Positions 35,945-46,336 of a stretch of DNA of 64,000 nt are shown here, in pieces. Source of the DNA: Smithella sp. (GTDB taxonomy: Bacteria > Desulfobacterota > Syntrophia > Syntrophales > Smithellaceae). The number at the start of each line of letters is the position of its first letter. The first letter of the stretch is position 1. Where the stretch lies: contig JAGPFC010000001.1 in NCBI GenBank assembly GCA_018056685.1, positions 239,924 to 303,923 of the forward strand, given 5' to 3'. A model generated the notes under the pieces. The model was given only the letters and a program-made list of their open reading frames with translations, was not told the origin of the DNA and searched no databases. A program made the translations under genes and the position numbers.

Positions 35945-36240
35945 TATATATCCTCCTGACAATTATTATATTAAAATAGATGTTCAATTTTGATGTTCAT
36001 ATATATGAACATTTTCTTTTTTTAAAGAAAAAAATGCGACTCCTCATGATTATAGTGAGTTGCAGATTTTCTTTTGTTGGAAAAGTGCTTATGGATCGTA
36101 TTTTAGCGTTTTTTCTTCAAAGGTGTTTATTAAATGAATTTCGGAGGATCTAGATGTAACTATAATCCTTGAGATATGCTTAATGACAAAACTTCAAAAA
36201 AGATATAATGAAAAACATTTTTAATTCAACGTAACGGAGA

Positions 36241-36999
36241 ATGTTTATGTTTACATGGTTAACAAATCCTGAAGCATGGATTGCGCTGGCGACCCTGACT
36301 TCCCTGGAGATAGTGCTGGGCATCGATAACATCATTTTTATTTCCATCCTCGTCAGTAAACTGCCCGGGAATAAACAAAACTTTGCCCGCAGCGCCGGAC
36401 TGATGCTGGCGATGCTGTCGCGACTGGCTCTTTTGTTTTCCATCTTCTGGGTCATCAAGCTGACTGCGCCCTGGTTTACCATATTCGGTCAGGAAATTTC
36501 GGGACGTGATATTATTCTGATCGGCGGTGGTCTGTTCCTGCTGGCTAAAGCGACGCATGAAATTCACGGCAGTCTGGAGGGAAGTCAGGAGGAAACGCCC
36601 AAACTTATTTCATCCAGTGTGGCCGCCGTCCTGATTCAGATAGCGCTCCTGGACATTGTCTTTTCGCTGGATTCCGTCATTACCGCTGTTGGTCTGGCTC
36701 AGGAGATTTCCATCATGGCGATTGCCATTGTTTGTGCCGTCGGTGTAATGCTTTTTGCCGCCAAACCCATCAGCAAATTCGTGGATGCTCATCCGACCAT
36801 AAAAATACTGGCGCTTTCATTCCTTCTGCTGGTCGGCGTGACGCTGGTCGCCGAAGGATTTGACGTTCATGTTCCCAAAGGCTACATCTACTTTGCCATG
36901 GCGTTTTCCGTGGGTGTGGAAATGCTCAATCTGCGCATGCGTAAAAAACAAATGAAACCGGTAAAATTGCACAAAACCGTATATACACCGGAGCAATAA
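36241..36999 (+). CDS. TerC family integral membrane protein
   Basis: ..LTSLEIVLGIDNIIFISI.. and the second repeat ..LLDIVFSLDSVITAVGL.. Confidence 0.8.
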   Translation: MFMFTWLTNPEAWIALATLTSLEIVLGIDNIIFISILVSKLPGNKQNFARSAGLMLAMLSRLALLFSIFWVIKLTAPWFTIFGQEISGRDIILIGGGLFLLAKATHEIHGSLEGSQEETPKLISSSVAAVLIQIALLDIVFSLDSVITAVGLAQEISIMAIAIVCAVGVMLFAAKPISKFVDAHPTIKILALSFLLLVGVTLVAEGFDVHVPKGYIYFAMAFSVGVEMLNLRMRKKQMKPVKLHKTVYTPEQ

Positions 37000-37284
37000 A
37001 ACGTGGCAGGAATGGACGACCTTTCAGACAGTTTAGCCCGTACACCCTGTTATGATATGGTAATAAAAAGCCTCCGTTTCTTTTGTCTGGAAGCGGAGGC
37101 TTACATTTATGAACAATCCACAAGCAACGTTTTTCGTCCGTGAGATTCAGTTTGCTTTTTTAAAGAAAACAGTCAAGTCTTCCGCCATGATCCGGACTTC
37201 AATCCTTTTTTCTTCTAACAGGACATTTCTATTTTGGTAAAAACAGGACATTCCTAAATTGACTGGACAGGGGCGATTATATCC

Positions 37285-37313
37285 TTGACATAAAAGAGGG
37301 GACTTCTTATACT
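37285..37313 (+). promoter_or_regulatory. near-consensus sigma-70 promoter (TTGACA-N17-TATACT)
   Basis: ttgaca at 37285-37290 and tatact at 37308-37313. It lies about 115 nt upstream of the crotonase-family gene. Confidence 0.5.
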
Positions 37314-37427
37314 CCGATACCTGTTCCGGCAGGCGTGCAGGGGCCGGTCGTTTTTATAATATTGAAATAGTTGAATATTTTGGCCGCCGGGCCATTAAAA
37401 TACATTTAAAAAAGAGAGGGAAAACAT

Positions 37428-38153
37428 ATGTCTATCATGAACTGGACTAAAGATGAAACCGTAGCAATTATAACCATGACCAATGGTGAAAACAGGCAGA
37501 ATCTGACATTTTCCAAAACATTAAACGCGATGCTGGATGAAATCATCGCGGATAAAACGATAACCGCTCTGATTATCACTTCCAATGACCCGAAGAATTT
37601 TTCGCAGGGCATCGATGTTGAGTGGATTATGGGACAGATGCAGAAAGATGAACATCAGCCGGTGACGGATTTCATTAACGAAATGGATACGGTCTTTAAA
37701 AAGCTGCTTCTTTATCCGATACCGGTTATCGCGGCCATCAATGGACATGCTTTCGGCAATGGTTCAATTGTCGCCTGTGCCTGCGACTTCCGCTTCATGC
37801 GTTCAGATAAAGGTTTCTTCTGCTTCCCGGAAGTCAACATCAGTATTCCTTTCCGGTGGGGCATGAACGCTTTTGTGAAGAAAGCCATTCCCATGCACAT
37901 TCTGTCGCAGATGCAACTGACCGGTAATCGTTTCACTGCGGCCGAGCTGGAAAAACACAACATTATTGTGAAGGCCTGCGCCAATCAGGATGATCTGATG
38001 GCCACCGCGATAGCTTTTGCCAAAACCTTCCAGAAAAAACGAACCATTTTCGGCGAACTGAAAAGGAGACTGTACGCTGATATTATCAAAGTTCTGGATG
38101 ATGACTATATGCCCCCAACGTCAAAGATTACTTCTCTGGTGATGATGGATTAG
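37428..38153 (+). CDS. enoyl-CoA hydratase/isomerase (crotonase) family protein
   Basis: ..VAIITMTNGENRQN..ALIITSN..FSQGID..VIAAINGHAFGNG..ACDFRFM.. Confidence 0.8.
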   Translation: MSIMNWTKDETVAIITMTNGENRQNLTFSKTLNAMLDEIIADKTITALIITSNDPKNFSQGIDVEWIMGQMQKDEHQPVTDFINEMDTVFKKLLLYPIPVIAAINGHAFGNGSIVACACDFRFMRSDKGFFCFPEVNISIPFRWGMNAFVKKAIPMHILSQMQLTGNRFTAAELEKHNIIVKACANQDDLMATAIAFAKTFQKKRTIFGELKRRLYADIIKVLDDDYMPPTSKITSLVMMD

Positions 38154-38190
38154 CACTAAACACGTTAGAACCGTTTAAAGAGGTATAAAA

Positions 38191-39174
38191 ATGAAAACAG
38201 CCATTACCGAAATGTTCGGCGTAAAATATCCCATTATCTGCGGCGCCATGATGTGGCTTTGCAAACCGACGCTTTGCGCCGCGGTATCCAACGCCGGCGG
38301 CCTCGGCAACCTGACAGCCGGCAATTATCCCACGGAAGAAGAGTTCCGGGCAGCCATCCGGGCAACCCGAAAGCTGACGGATAAACCTTTTATGGTGAAC
38401 GTTACCATTCTGCCCTCGGTGCATATCACGGCGGAACATCATAAAATGTATTTGAAAGTCTGCGCGGAGGAAAAAGTTGCCGGTCTGGAAATATCCGGAA
38501 CCCCCTTGGACAAGGCGGTGGGAAAGGAATTTATAGACATTCTGAAAAAGGCCGGTGTGAAACTGTTCCACAAGGTGGGATCGGTGCGTCATGCCGTGCA
38601 CGCGGAAAAAGCCGGCTATGACGGGATTTATGCCGCGGGCATTGAAGAAGGCGGTCATCCGCTCAATGATGACGTAACGACGATGGTGCTCACGCCGCGC
38701 ATAGCCGAGACCGTGAAAATACCGGTGGTGACTGTCGGCGGTGTAGCTGATGGACGAACATTGGCAGCGGCACTGGCGTTGGGCGCTCAGGGCGTGATGA
38801 TGGCCACCCGTTTTGTCGCCACGAAAGAATGCGAGGTTCACGATAATATCAAGCAGGAAATCCTCAGACGTCAGGAATTCGAAACAGCGCTGATCTGCAA
38901 ATCCATCGGCTTGCAGGGCCGGGCAATCAAAAACAAATTGGTGGAAGAAGTTTTAAATGTGGAATCGACAGGCGGCGGACTGGAAAAACTTATTCCGTTG
39001 ATTGCGGGTGACCGGGTCAGGAAGGCTTGGGAATCCGGCAATGTTGATGATGCTCCCATGATGATGGGGCAATCGGTCGGTCTGATTAAAGATATTCCCA
39101 CCTGCAAAGAGCTTTTGGAAAGGCTTGTCGCCGAAGCGAAGGCAGATATTGAACGCGTGAAAAATATTTTTTAA
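38191..39174 (+). CDS. NAD(P)H-dependent flavin oxidoreductase (nitronate monooxygenase / FabK-like)
   Basis: ..YPIICGAMMW...SNAGGLG.L....DGIYAAGIEEGGH...VGGVADGR..AAALALGAQGV.M.TRF. Confidence 0.75.
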   Translation: MKTAITEMFGVKYPIICGAMMWLCKPTLCAAVSNAGGLGNLTAGNYPTEEEFRAAIRATRKLTDKPFMVNVTILPSVHITAEHHKMYLKVCAEEKVAGLEISGTPLDKAVGKEFIDILKKAGVKLFHKVGSVRHAVHAEKAGYDGIYAAGIEEGGHPLNDDVTTMVLTPRIAETVKIPVVTVGGVADGRTLAAALALGAQGVMMATRFVATKECEVHDNIKQEILRRQEFETALICKSIGLQGRAIKNKLVEEVLNVESTGGGLEKLIPLIAGDRVRKAWESGNVDDAPMMMGQSVGLIKDIPTCKELLERLVAEAKADIERVKNIF

Positions 39175-39262
39175 GTTATTACATGCAAGGAGAGCCTTGC
39201 ATCATTCTCTATAAAAGTATGATTGAGCAGCGCTATGCTTACAATAAATTTTTCAGAAAAGG

Positions 39263-39958
39263 ATGCAAATGATCGAAGTACAAAACGTCAGCAAGAATTA
39301 CCACCAGGGGCAACAGGAAATATGCGCGCTTCATAATATCTCTTTAAAAATAGAAAAGGGCGATTTTCTTTCCATCATGGGACCAAGCGGTTCCGGGAAA
39401 AGCACTCTCTTGAATCTTATCGGGGGCTTAGACCAACCGAGCAATGGAAAAATCTTTATTGACGGCCAGCCGATTCACGGAATTTCCGACAATGAGCTGA
39501 CGCTGATTCGACGCAAAAGGGTCGGGTTCATTTTTCAGTTTTTTAATCTGCTCCCGATTCTGAATGCGTTAGAAAATGTAAGCCTGCCGCTTCTGCTGGA
39601 TGGTGTACCGATTTCACGAATCAAAGAAAAAGCCTTTCACCTTTTGGAAAAAGTCGGATTGGGAGCCCGCGCGGACCATCGCCCGGAACAGCTTTCAGGC
39701 GGGGAAATGCAGCGCGTCGCCATCGCCCGTGCACTGATTACCGATCCCGCCGTTCTGCTGGCCGACGAACCCACCGGCAATCTTGATTCACACATCAGCG
39801 AGGAAATTCTCGCGTTGCTGAAAAATCTGAACCAGGCCGGTCAAACCATTGTCATGGTCACACATGATTCCAAGGCCGCCTCTTACGGCAAACGCATTAT
39901 CCGGCTCAAGGACGGAAGCATTACGGAAGACATTTCCTTTTCTGAGAGCGCCGCATGA
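39263..39958 (+). CDS. ABC transporter ATP-binding protein (MacB/LolD type)
   Basis: [38 protein letters not shown]. Confidence 0.85.
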   Translation: MQMIEVQNVSKNYHQGQQEICALHNISLKIEKGDFLSIMGPSGSGKSTLLNLIGGLDQPSNGKIFIDGQPIHGISDNELTLIRRKRVGFIFQFFNLLPILNALENVSLPLLLDGVPISRIKEKAFHLLEKVGLGARADHRPEQLSGGEMQRVAIARALITDPAVLLADEPTGNLDSHISEEILALLKNLNQAGQTIVMVTHDSKAASYGKRIIRLKDGSITEDISFSESAA

Positions 39959-42531
39959 ATTTTTGGAATTTGCTGCGACATATCACTCTGAAGCATTTCC
40001 GGCTGCGCAAAGCTCAGATATTCATGGCCGCTGCCGGAATCTGCCTGGGCGTAACCGCTATCGTATCCATCGGCATGATCAACAAGAGTGTTCTTTTCTC
40101 TTTTGAAGATTCCTTCAACCGCGTGACCGGCAAAGCCAAACTACAGATCACCGGTGCCCAGTCGGGGTTTCCCGAGACTCTTGTCGAAAAGGTTCAGGGC
40201 GTTGAGGGGGTGGAGTATGCCGTACCGGTCATCGAAACGGACGGCCTGCTCGTGGATGGCAAGGAACGGGCTATCATGATTATGGGCGTCGATGTGCTGG
40301 TGGACGCTCAGGTGCGGGAATACAGTCTGACCGGTGACAGCGCGGACGTCCCCGATCCACTTCTTTTTCTGGCCAAACCCGATTCCATTCTTGTAACCAA
40401 AACGATGGCGGAACGGGAAGGCTTTGTCATCGACCAGAAGATTCAGGTGCAGACCGTCGATGGAATCAAAACGTTGCGGATCCGCGGGATTCTGAACCCC
40501 GAAGGTCCCGCCAAAGCCATGGGCGGTAATATGGCCATTATGGATATTTTTGCCGCGCAGATGGCATTCGGTAAAGACGGACGCGTCGATAGAATTGATG
40601 TCAGCCTTCGGGAAGGCACAGATTTGGATACGGTCCGTAAGGCTATTGCTGACGCCCTGCCTCAGGGATACATGGTGGACACGCCCGTCGGCAGAACCAG
40701 GCAGGTCGAGGAAATGATCGCGAGGTTTCAAAAAGGTTTGGACCTCATCAGCTATCTTTCCATCTTTGTCGGCATGTACCTCATCTACAACGCCGTTTCT
40801 ATTTCCGTGGTCAATCGCAGAAAAGAAATCGGCATCCTGCGGGCACTGGGCTGCCTGAGACGAGATATCATATTGCTGTTTCTGGGCGAAATTTTAATCA
40901 TATCCATTATCGCATCTTTATTAGGAGTTGGTCTGGGGCTGCTGCTGGCTGATTCTCTCGTCGGCGCTTTCGGCAAAGTTGTTTCGGAAACCTATGTGCG
41001 TACCTCGGTCAGCGGCATTCATTTTACCTGGTTTTATCCCGTGCTGGGTTTGGTGAGCGGCATCGTTGCCAGTCTCACGGCGGCTCTTTTCCCCGCGCGG
41101 ACGAGCAGTCTTATTTCACCTGTTTCCGCGATACGTTCCGTTCCCTATGCCGAAGAAAAATTTTACACGACCAGGCGTCTGAATACCGGAGGTGTTTTAT
41201 GCCTGATCCTTGCCGGCGTCATTTTTTCCGTGTACAAATTTACCGGAGATTCTCCCCTGACGAAAAATGTAACGCTTTTGATTATCGCCCAGCTCATGGT
41301 CGCCGTCGGCATATCTCTTTTTACACCGGCGTTTCTCAAAGGATTTGTGAATGTATTCAACCGTTTCTTTTCATCGCATTTCGGAGCGGCAGGAAGGTTG
41401 GCCGGCCTCAACCTCCGGAAGAATTTGATCAGGAACTCTGTTGCTGTTGCCGCTGTTTTTTTTGGCATTTCGGTCTTTGTCGCCAGCGTCGGCTTTACGC
41501 ACAGCATCAAGCAATCGGTGGTCAAGTGGCTGGATTCCATGATTATCGGAGATATCATTGTCACCTCCGGGCATCCGGGTTCCAGTGCCAATGCCCACAG
41601 CATTCCCATGCCGGTAGAAATGGCATCACAATTGGAGAAAGTGCCCGGTGTTCAACGTGTGGCACCGTGGCGCAGGGTTTTCATGAACTACAACGGCAGA
41701 CGCGTGCTGCTTTCCGTTGCGTCTTTAGCCCGATATCCCGAGCATAGAAACACTAACACAAAACAAGTTTCAAACGGCGTTCCAGCGAAAGACACCGTGG
41801 TCGTCAGCGAACCGTTTGCCGCCATCTTTAAGGTAAAAAAGGGTGATGTGATCACGCTTCCGACACCATCAGGACTGGTCAAATTCGCCGTGGCAGGAAT
41901 AGTGGTGGATTACTCGAGTGACGCCGGAGTCATCGGAATGGATATTCCTACGTATCAGCGCCATTGGGGTGATAGACTATGCAATTCATTTTTCCTGGCC
42001 GTTCATCCCGGAACGGATGTGAAGAAAGTTTGTGAGGAAATTCAGAGCCGTTTCGGTGTCGATCGCAAACTTTATGTTCTCTCTTCACTTGAATTCAAGG
42101 AAGAAATACGAAAAATTCTGGATGATATGTTTTTCTTCAACTATACTTTGAACATTATTACATTGACGATTGCCTGTCTGGGTATTATTGTTGCCCTGCT
42201 GGCATCGGTCATGGAACGAACGCGAGAAATCGGTACGCTGCGCGCCATTGGTACAATGAGAAGGCAAATATACGGGGTCATCATCCTGGAGTCGATACTG
42301 ATGGGGATAGCTGGCGGTATTCTCGGATCAGTGGCCGGGATATTTGCCGGGTGGGTAAGCCTGGAAGGATTTTTTTCCGCCAATTACGGATCGGCCGCCC
42401 AGTATTATCTGCCCTGGAGTTCTATCATGATGGTGCTGCTCCTTTCAGCCGTTCTCGCCGCTTTATCCGGGATGGTCCCGGCGCAAAAGGCGGCAAAAAC
42501 TAATATCGTGGAGGCTTTATCCTATGAATAA
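39955..42531 (+). CDS. ABC transporter permease with duplicated FtsX/MacB-type domains (858 aa)
   Basis: Two FtsX-like blocks (..RRKEIGILRALG.. and ..RTREIGTLRAIG..), each preceded by a large extracytoplasmic domain. Confidence 0.8.
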   Translation: MNFWNLLRHITLKHFRLRKAQIFMAAAGICLGVTAIVSIGMINKSVLFSFEDSFNRVTGKAKLQITGAQSGFPETLVEKVQGVEGVEYAVPVIETDGLLVDGKERAIMIMGVDVLVDAQVREYSLTGDSADVPDPLLFLAKPDSILVTKTMAEREGFVIDQKIQVQTVDGIKTLRIRGILNPEGPAKAMGGNMAIMDIFAAQMAFGKDGRVDRIDVSLREGTDLDTVRKAIADALPQGYMVDTPVGRTRQVEEMIARFQKGLDLISYLSIFVGMYLIYNAVSISVVNRRKEIGILRALGCLRRDIILLFLGEILIISIIASLLGVGLGLLLADSLVGAFGKVVSETYVRTSVSGIHFTWFYPVLGLVSGIVASLTAALFPARTSSLISPVSAIRSVPYAEEKFYTTRRLNTGGVLCLILAGVIFSVYKFTGDSPLTKNVTLLIIAQLMVAVGISLFTPAFLKGFVNVFNRFFSSHFGAAGRLAGLNLRKNLIRNSVAVAAVFFGISVFVASVGFTHSIKQSVVKWLDSMIIGDIIVTSGHPGSSANAHSIPMPVEMASQLEKVPGVQRVAPWRRVFMNYNGRRVLLSVASLARYPEHRNTNTKQVSNGVPAKDTVVVSEPFAAIFKVKKGDVITLPTPSGLVKFAVAGIVVDYSSDAGVIGMDIPTYQRHWGDRLCNSFFLAVHPGTDVKKVCEEIQSRFGVDRKLYVLSSLEFKEEIRKILDDMFFFNYTLNIITLTIACLGIIVALLASVMERTREIGTLRAIGTMRRQIYGVIILESILMGIAGGILGSVAGIFAGWVSLEGFFSANYGSAAQYYLPWSSIMMVLLLSAVLAALSGMVPAQKAAKTNIVEALSYE

Positions 42532-43300
42532 AAAATGTACTTTCCTTTTCATATTTATCCTGGTGTTTTTCTTGTTACCCTGTGCCTACGCCATGAACGG
42601 GCGTGATGTTTTTGAAAAGGTACAGGAGGTACGCAATAAAAAGCTGGATCAGAAGGTTGACGCGACGATGATTCTCTTTGACAAGGGAGGGGGGAAACGC
42701 ACGCGAACCCTTACCATGTACAGCAAGGATGCTTCGCCGGAAGCGTACAAGATTCTCATCGTTTTTAATTCGCCGGCAGATCTCAAGGGTGTCGGATTTT
42801 TGCTGCACGCGCATACATTTGCCAATCGCGATCTCTGGGCCTACTTTCCGGAATACAAGCGCATCCGGCGCATTCCCACATCTTCGCAGGATGATTCCTT
42901 TTTCGGATCGGACTTCTCCTACGATGACTTGAGCGGCCCGCCCGAACTCAACGATTATTCGTTTAAAATACTGCGCGAGGAAGTTCTGGACGGTAAATCG
43001 TGTTACGTCATTGAAGTCATACCCAAAAAACCGCGCAAATATACAAAGTATATCACGTGGGTTGCCAAAAACCTCTGGGTGCCGACCAAAGTTGAATACT
43101 ACCGTGACAATGAATTATACCGTTCCGGAACATTCAAAGATATCCGTGTGATTGACGGAATCCCGACGCCCTTCGAACTGGAAATGGCCAATTTTAAGAC
43201 CAGGCACCGGACAGTTTTGACGATTCAAAACATTACTTACAGCACCAAATACCCCAATGACCTTTTTACGCAGCGGTCGCTGGAGCGTGGCGCGAAGTAA
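42524..43300 (+). CDS. outer-membrane lipoprotein-sorting (LolA-like) protein
   Basis: Signal peptide; ..LWAYFPEYKRIRRIPTSSQDDSFFGSDFSYDDL.. is typical of the LolA_like family found next to FtsX permeases. Confidence 0.6.
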   Translation: MNKKCTFLFIFILVFFLLPCAYAMNGRDVFEKVQEVRNKKLDQKVDATMILFDKGGGKRTRTLTMYSKDASPEAYKILIVFNSPADLKGVGFLLHAHTFANRDLWAYFPEYKRIRRIPTSSQDDSFFGSDFSYDDLSGPPELNDYSFKILREEVLDGKSCYVIEVIPKKPRKYTKYITWVAKNLWVPTKVEYYRDNELYRSGTFKDIRVIDGIPTPFELEMANFKTRHRTVLTIQNITYSTKYPNDLFTQRSLERGAK

Positions 43301-43372
43301 CAGGAAGCATCCTGAACATTTTTAAAGTGAGCCGACGTATTGCAAAGGCTTCCGTTACCCGGAGGAACGATC

Positions 43373-44737
43373 ATGAAAAGAACATTGATGGTTGTATTTC
43401 TTCTCTTGACATTTTCCGCAGTCAGTTTTGCGGAGGATTTTCTTTCCGTTTCCGGCAGACTGGATTTGCGTGGTGTTCTGCCCCTGCAAGACACAGACCT
43501 GGAACCGGAATACCCGAGTCTGCTGGGAAGATTGAAAGTTGATACAACGCCTCCGAACTGGCGTTTGCATATGTGGCTGGAAGGCGGATGGGACGGCAGC
43601 GTTGATTTACCCGTAAAAGATCATGGTGTCATCAAGTCGTGGGACAAGGTTTACCAGAGTATCACCCCTTTTCTGGAATTTAAGGAAATTTACGGATCCT
43701 ATTCGAATGATTTTCTCGAACTTCGCGCCGGTATTCAGCGATTTTCCTGGGGCAGACTGGACGAATATCCGATTAACGATCTTCTCAACCCGTGGGATTA
43801 CACACAATTTCTCATAAAATCCCTGGAGAACAGAAAAATAGGCGTCCCTTCCCTGTCCGCGCGTCTGAACAAAAATGACTGGAATCTGGAGTTGGCGTGG
43901 GTGCCCGTCCTCGTTCCCTATCGACTGCCTCTTTTAACAGAACGCTGGTCGGTCTTTCCAGAAATCATTTCGATGACCAAAGATTATGACGCGGAAATCA
44001 TCAATCAAGAACCTGATCTTGATGCGAGCTCCTTCGAGAACAGCTCCGTGGGCTTACGCATTCAAAATTCAGGCACTGTGGACTGGGGCTTAACGTTGTT
44101 TCACGGTTATGATCTCCATCCCGTTTTTAAAACCACGTACGGAGGAGTTTACTATGAATCCGGAAAGGTTATTATTTATCCGGGCGCAGAACCTGATTTT
44201 CACAAGATGTCCTCGATCGGCGTGGATGCAGCGTTTGTCAGGGGAGACTGGAGCATCCGCGCTGAAGCGGCCTATGCGATCGGCCGCTACTTTAACACCA
44301 AATACGAATTGTGGGGATACCCGGACGAGCCCGCTCTGGGAATTTTTGAGCTGAATCCCAACACATATAAAAGTGACGCCGTCGCCTACGGCATCGGGGT
44401 TGATTACCGGTTGTTCGAGGATTGTCTGCTCATCATGCAGGCCCAGCAAACCCTGATTACCGACAGGCCGGACACGCTTTACGACCGGAAATTCGAAACC
44501 CTGCTCTGGGCTCATCTGAGAAATAACTTTATGAATCAGAAAATCGAGACCAACCTGAACATGGCTTGGAATCCGGAGCACGGCGACACCATGGTCAGAG
44601 CCGATTTGTGGTATGTATTCACGGATTCGTGGAAAGTGGGCGTAACGGCTGTTTCCTTTGACGGCCCGTCACAGTCCCTGTTCGGCCGGTACGCCCATAA
44701 TGATCAGGTGGAAATGGATGTTGTTTTCTCCTGGTGA
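43373..44737 (+). CDS. predicted outer-membrane beta-barrel protein, unknown family
   Basis: Signal peptide MKRTLMVVFLLLTFSAVSFA|ED, aromatic-rich alternating pattern, C-terminal ..MDVVFSW. GGAGGA RBS before the ATG at 43373. Confidence 0.5.
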   Translation: MKRTLMVVFLLLTFSAVSFAEDFLSVSGRLDLRGVLPLQDTDLEPEYPSLLGRLKVDTTPPNWRLHMWLEGGWDGSVDLPVKDHGVIKSWDKVYQSITPFLEFKEIYGSYSNDFLELRAGIQRFSWGRLDEYPINDLLNPWDYTQFLIKSLENRKIGVPSLSARLNKNDWNLELAWVPVLVPYRLPLLTERWSVFPEIISMTKDYDAEIINQEPDLDASSFENSSVGLRIQNSGTVDWGLTLFHGYDLHPVFKTTYGGVYYESGKVIIYPGAEPDFHKMSSIGVDAAFVRGDWSIRAEAAYAIGRYFNTKYELWGYPDEPALGIFELNPNTYKSDAVAYGIGVDYRLFEDCLLIMQAQQTLITDRPDTLYDRKFETLLWAHLRNNFMNQKIETNLNMAWNPEHGDTMVRADLWYVFTDSWKVGVTAVSFDGPSQSLFGRYAHNDQVEMDVVFSW

Positions 44738-44799
44738 GAAAACGTTGTGATAAAAAACCTTCATTGTAAACCATTAAAGCGACGACAAGGATGGAATTT

Positions 44800-46056
44800 A
44801 TGAAACGACTGGCATTGATAAAAAAGTTTTTTTTACTGGGACTGAGTGTCATTTTTTTATTCGCCTGCAGTCAGGGAGGTGACTCTTCCTCAGCATCAGA
44901 TCATAACGCGTCACCCGACAATTCGAACGTTTACCTGGTAGAATCAACCAGTCTTGGAAAAGTTTCTGCCGATAGCATCAGAAAGACGGCTCTGGACGCA
45001 GGGCTTCCCGTACAGGCAATCGCGTTTATGAAACACTCCATTCAATTATACAAAATAACCTATCGAACGACCTATAAAGGGCAATCCATCTTGGCATCAG
45101 GCCTGATCACCTATCCAACAGGGATTCCCGATGCCATGCCTTCCATGATTGTCGGAAACATACAAACTTTCGCTGACAGGGACGCACCTTCGGAATTTAA
45201 TTTGTCGAATGTCTCCACATCTTTTGCGGCTGTTGCTGCTGTAGCGGGATCCGCAGGTTATTATACTTTAGTACCCGACATGATCGGTTCCGGTGTATCG
45301 AAAGATATCATATATCCGATGAGAAATTCTGAACATGCGGCCAAGACGATGATTGACCTAATCCGTGCCGGCGACGAGTTTATCAAGGCGAAAAAAATAA
45401 AGGTAAACGGCAAAAAATTCATTGCCGGCTATTCCGAGGGTGGTTACATAGCGATGGCGACACTGAAAATGATCGAGGAAAGACCCATTGAGGGCATTAA
45501 CATTACAGCAACTGCCGTAGGGGCGGGTGGTTACAATCTGGTAAGGCTTTTAAATAAAGCCATTATGGAAGGTGACGGCACCTATCCTTCCCCCTGTTTC
45601 CCGGTATCGCTCATCTATTCCTATAACGTGTTTTATGAGTGGGGGCGGCCTCTGTCTGATTTTTTTCAAGAACCCTATGCCGGCAGAATACCGGATTTGC
45701 TCAGTGGTCAATTTACAAGCGATGAGATTGATGCGCAACTGACCTTTAGCCTGAATAGCCTGCTTAATCCGGTTTTTGTGGACAATCTCAAAAACAACAA
45801 TGAACCTGCTTTGATAAACGCGTTGAGCGAAAACAGCGTGGACAACTGGACGCCTCAAGGCAAACTCATGATATTTCACAACGTGAATGATCCGTTAATA
45901 CCCTTTTCCGATTCCTTGGCAACGTATAATACAATGTTGTCCAACGGAGCGCAGAATTTAATTTTCAAAGACACCGACAAAATCGAAAGCCATCGGGATT
46001 CAGCAACAGAATTTTTGATTATGGCAAGTTTATGGTTTGAGAGCATGAATCAATAA
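44800..46056 (+). CDS. secreted lipoprotein, alpha/beta hydrolase (lipase/esterase-like)
   Basis: Lipobox LFAC|S and nucleophile elbow IAGYSEGGYIA. Confidence 0.55.
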   Translation: MKRLALIKKFFLLGLSVIFLFACSQGGDSSSASDHNASPDNSNVYLVESTSLGKVSADSIRKTALDAGLPVQAIAFMKHSIQLYKITYRTTYKGQSILASGLITYPTGIPDAMPSMIVGNIQTFADRDAPSEFNLSNVSTSFAAVAAVAGSAGYYTLVPDMIGSGVSKDIIYPMRNSEHAAKTMIDLIRAGDEFIKAKKIKVNGKKFIAGYSEGGYIAMATLKMIEERPIEGINITATAVGAGGYNLVRLLNKAIMEGDGTYPSPCFPVSLIYSYNVFYEWGRPLSDFFQEPYAGRIPDLLSGQFTSDEIDAQLTFSLNSLLNPVFVDNLKNNNEPALINALSENSVDNWTPQGKLMIFHNVNDPLIPFSDSLATYNTMLSNGAQNLIFKDTDKIESHRDSATEFLIMASLWFESMNQ

Positions 46057-46092
46057 AGGGCTTAAGCGATCATCGCCCAAGCCCTTGATTTT
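46056..46092 (+). terminator. intrinsic terminator
   Basis: aagggctt-N15-aagccctt followed by gatttt. Confidence 0.65.
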
Positions 46093-46095
46093 AAA

Positions 46096-46169
46096 TGGCT
46101 GGGGAAACAGGATTCGAACCTATATAAACGGAGTCAGAGTCCGTTGTCCTACCGTTGAACGATTCCCCA
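46096..46169 (-). tRNA. tRNA-Gln (anticodon CTG), CCA encoded
   Basis: Manual cloverleaf: acceptor tggggaa/ttcccca, anticodon arm acgga-ctCTGac-tccgt, T arm atagg-ttcgaat-cctgt; 74 nt. Confidence 0.85.
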
Positions 46170-46336
46170 GCAAGGTCTCTGATATAACTCCTGTTTGGAG
46201 TTATCTTTAAAGCGGCGAGAATATAATGCGATTGATTTCTTATGTCAATCAATTTTCTTCAGAAATTTACACATTTTATCCCGTCCAGGACAGCACGTTT
46301 TTATTTTCCAATATATGAAAGATTATCAATATTTAT

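Noticed and set aside
36000-36240. Looked for a Mn-sensing yybP-ykoY riboswitch upstream of the TerC-family gene, an AdoCbl riboswitch upstream of the mutase operon (31353-31595), and a Moco riboswitch upstream of the FDH genes (13714-13936, 19637-19832).
   Set aside because: These leaders are AT-rich and contain none of the conserved cores I remember. A covariance-model scan would be needed to exclude them formally.
38128-38841. 237-aa minus-strand ORF. Similar long antisense ORFs lie at 17462-18202, 18380-18964, 31983-32738, 34262-34855, 40141-40731, 48071-48928, 50691-51239, 55290-55802 and 57799-58482.
   Set aside because: All overlap strongly supported genes on the opposite strand and have biased, motif-free translations. 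They were treated as shadow ORFs.
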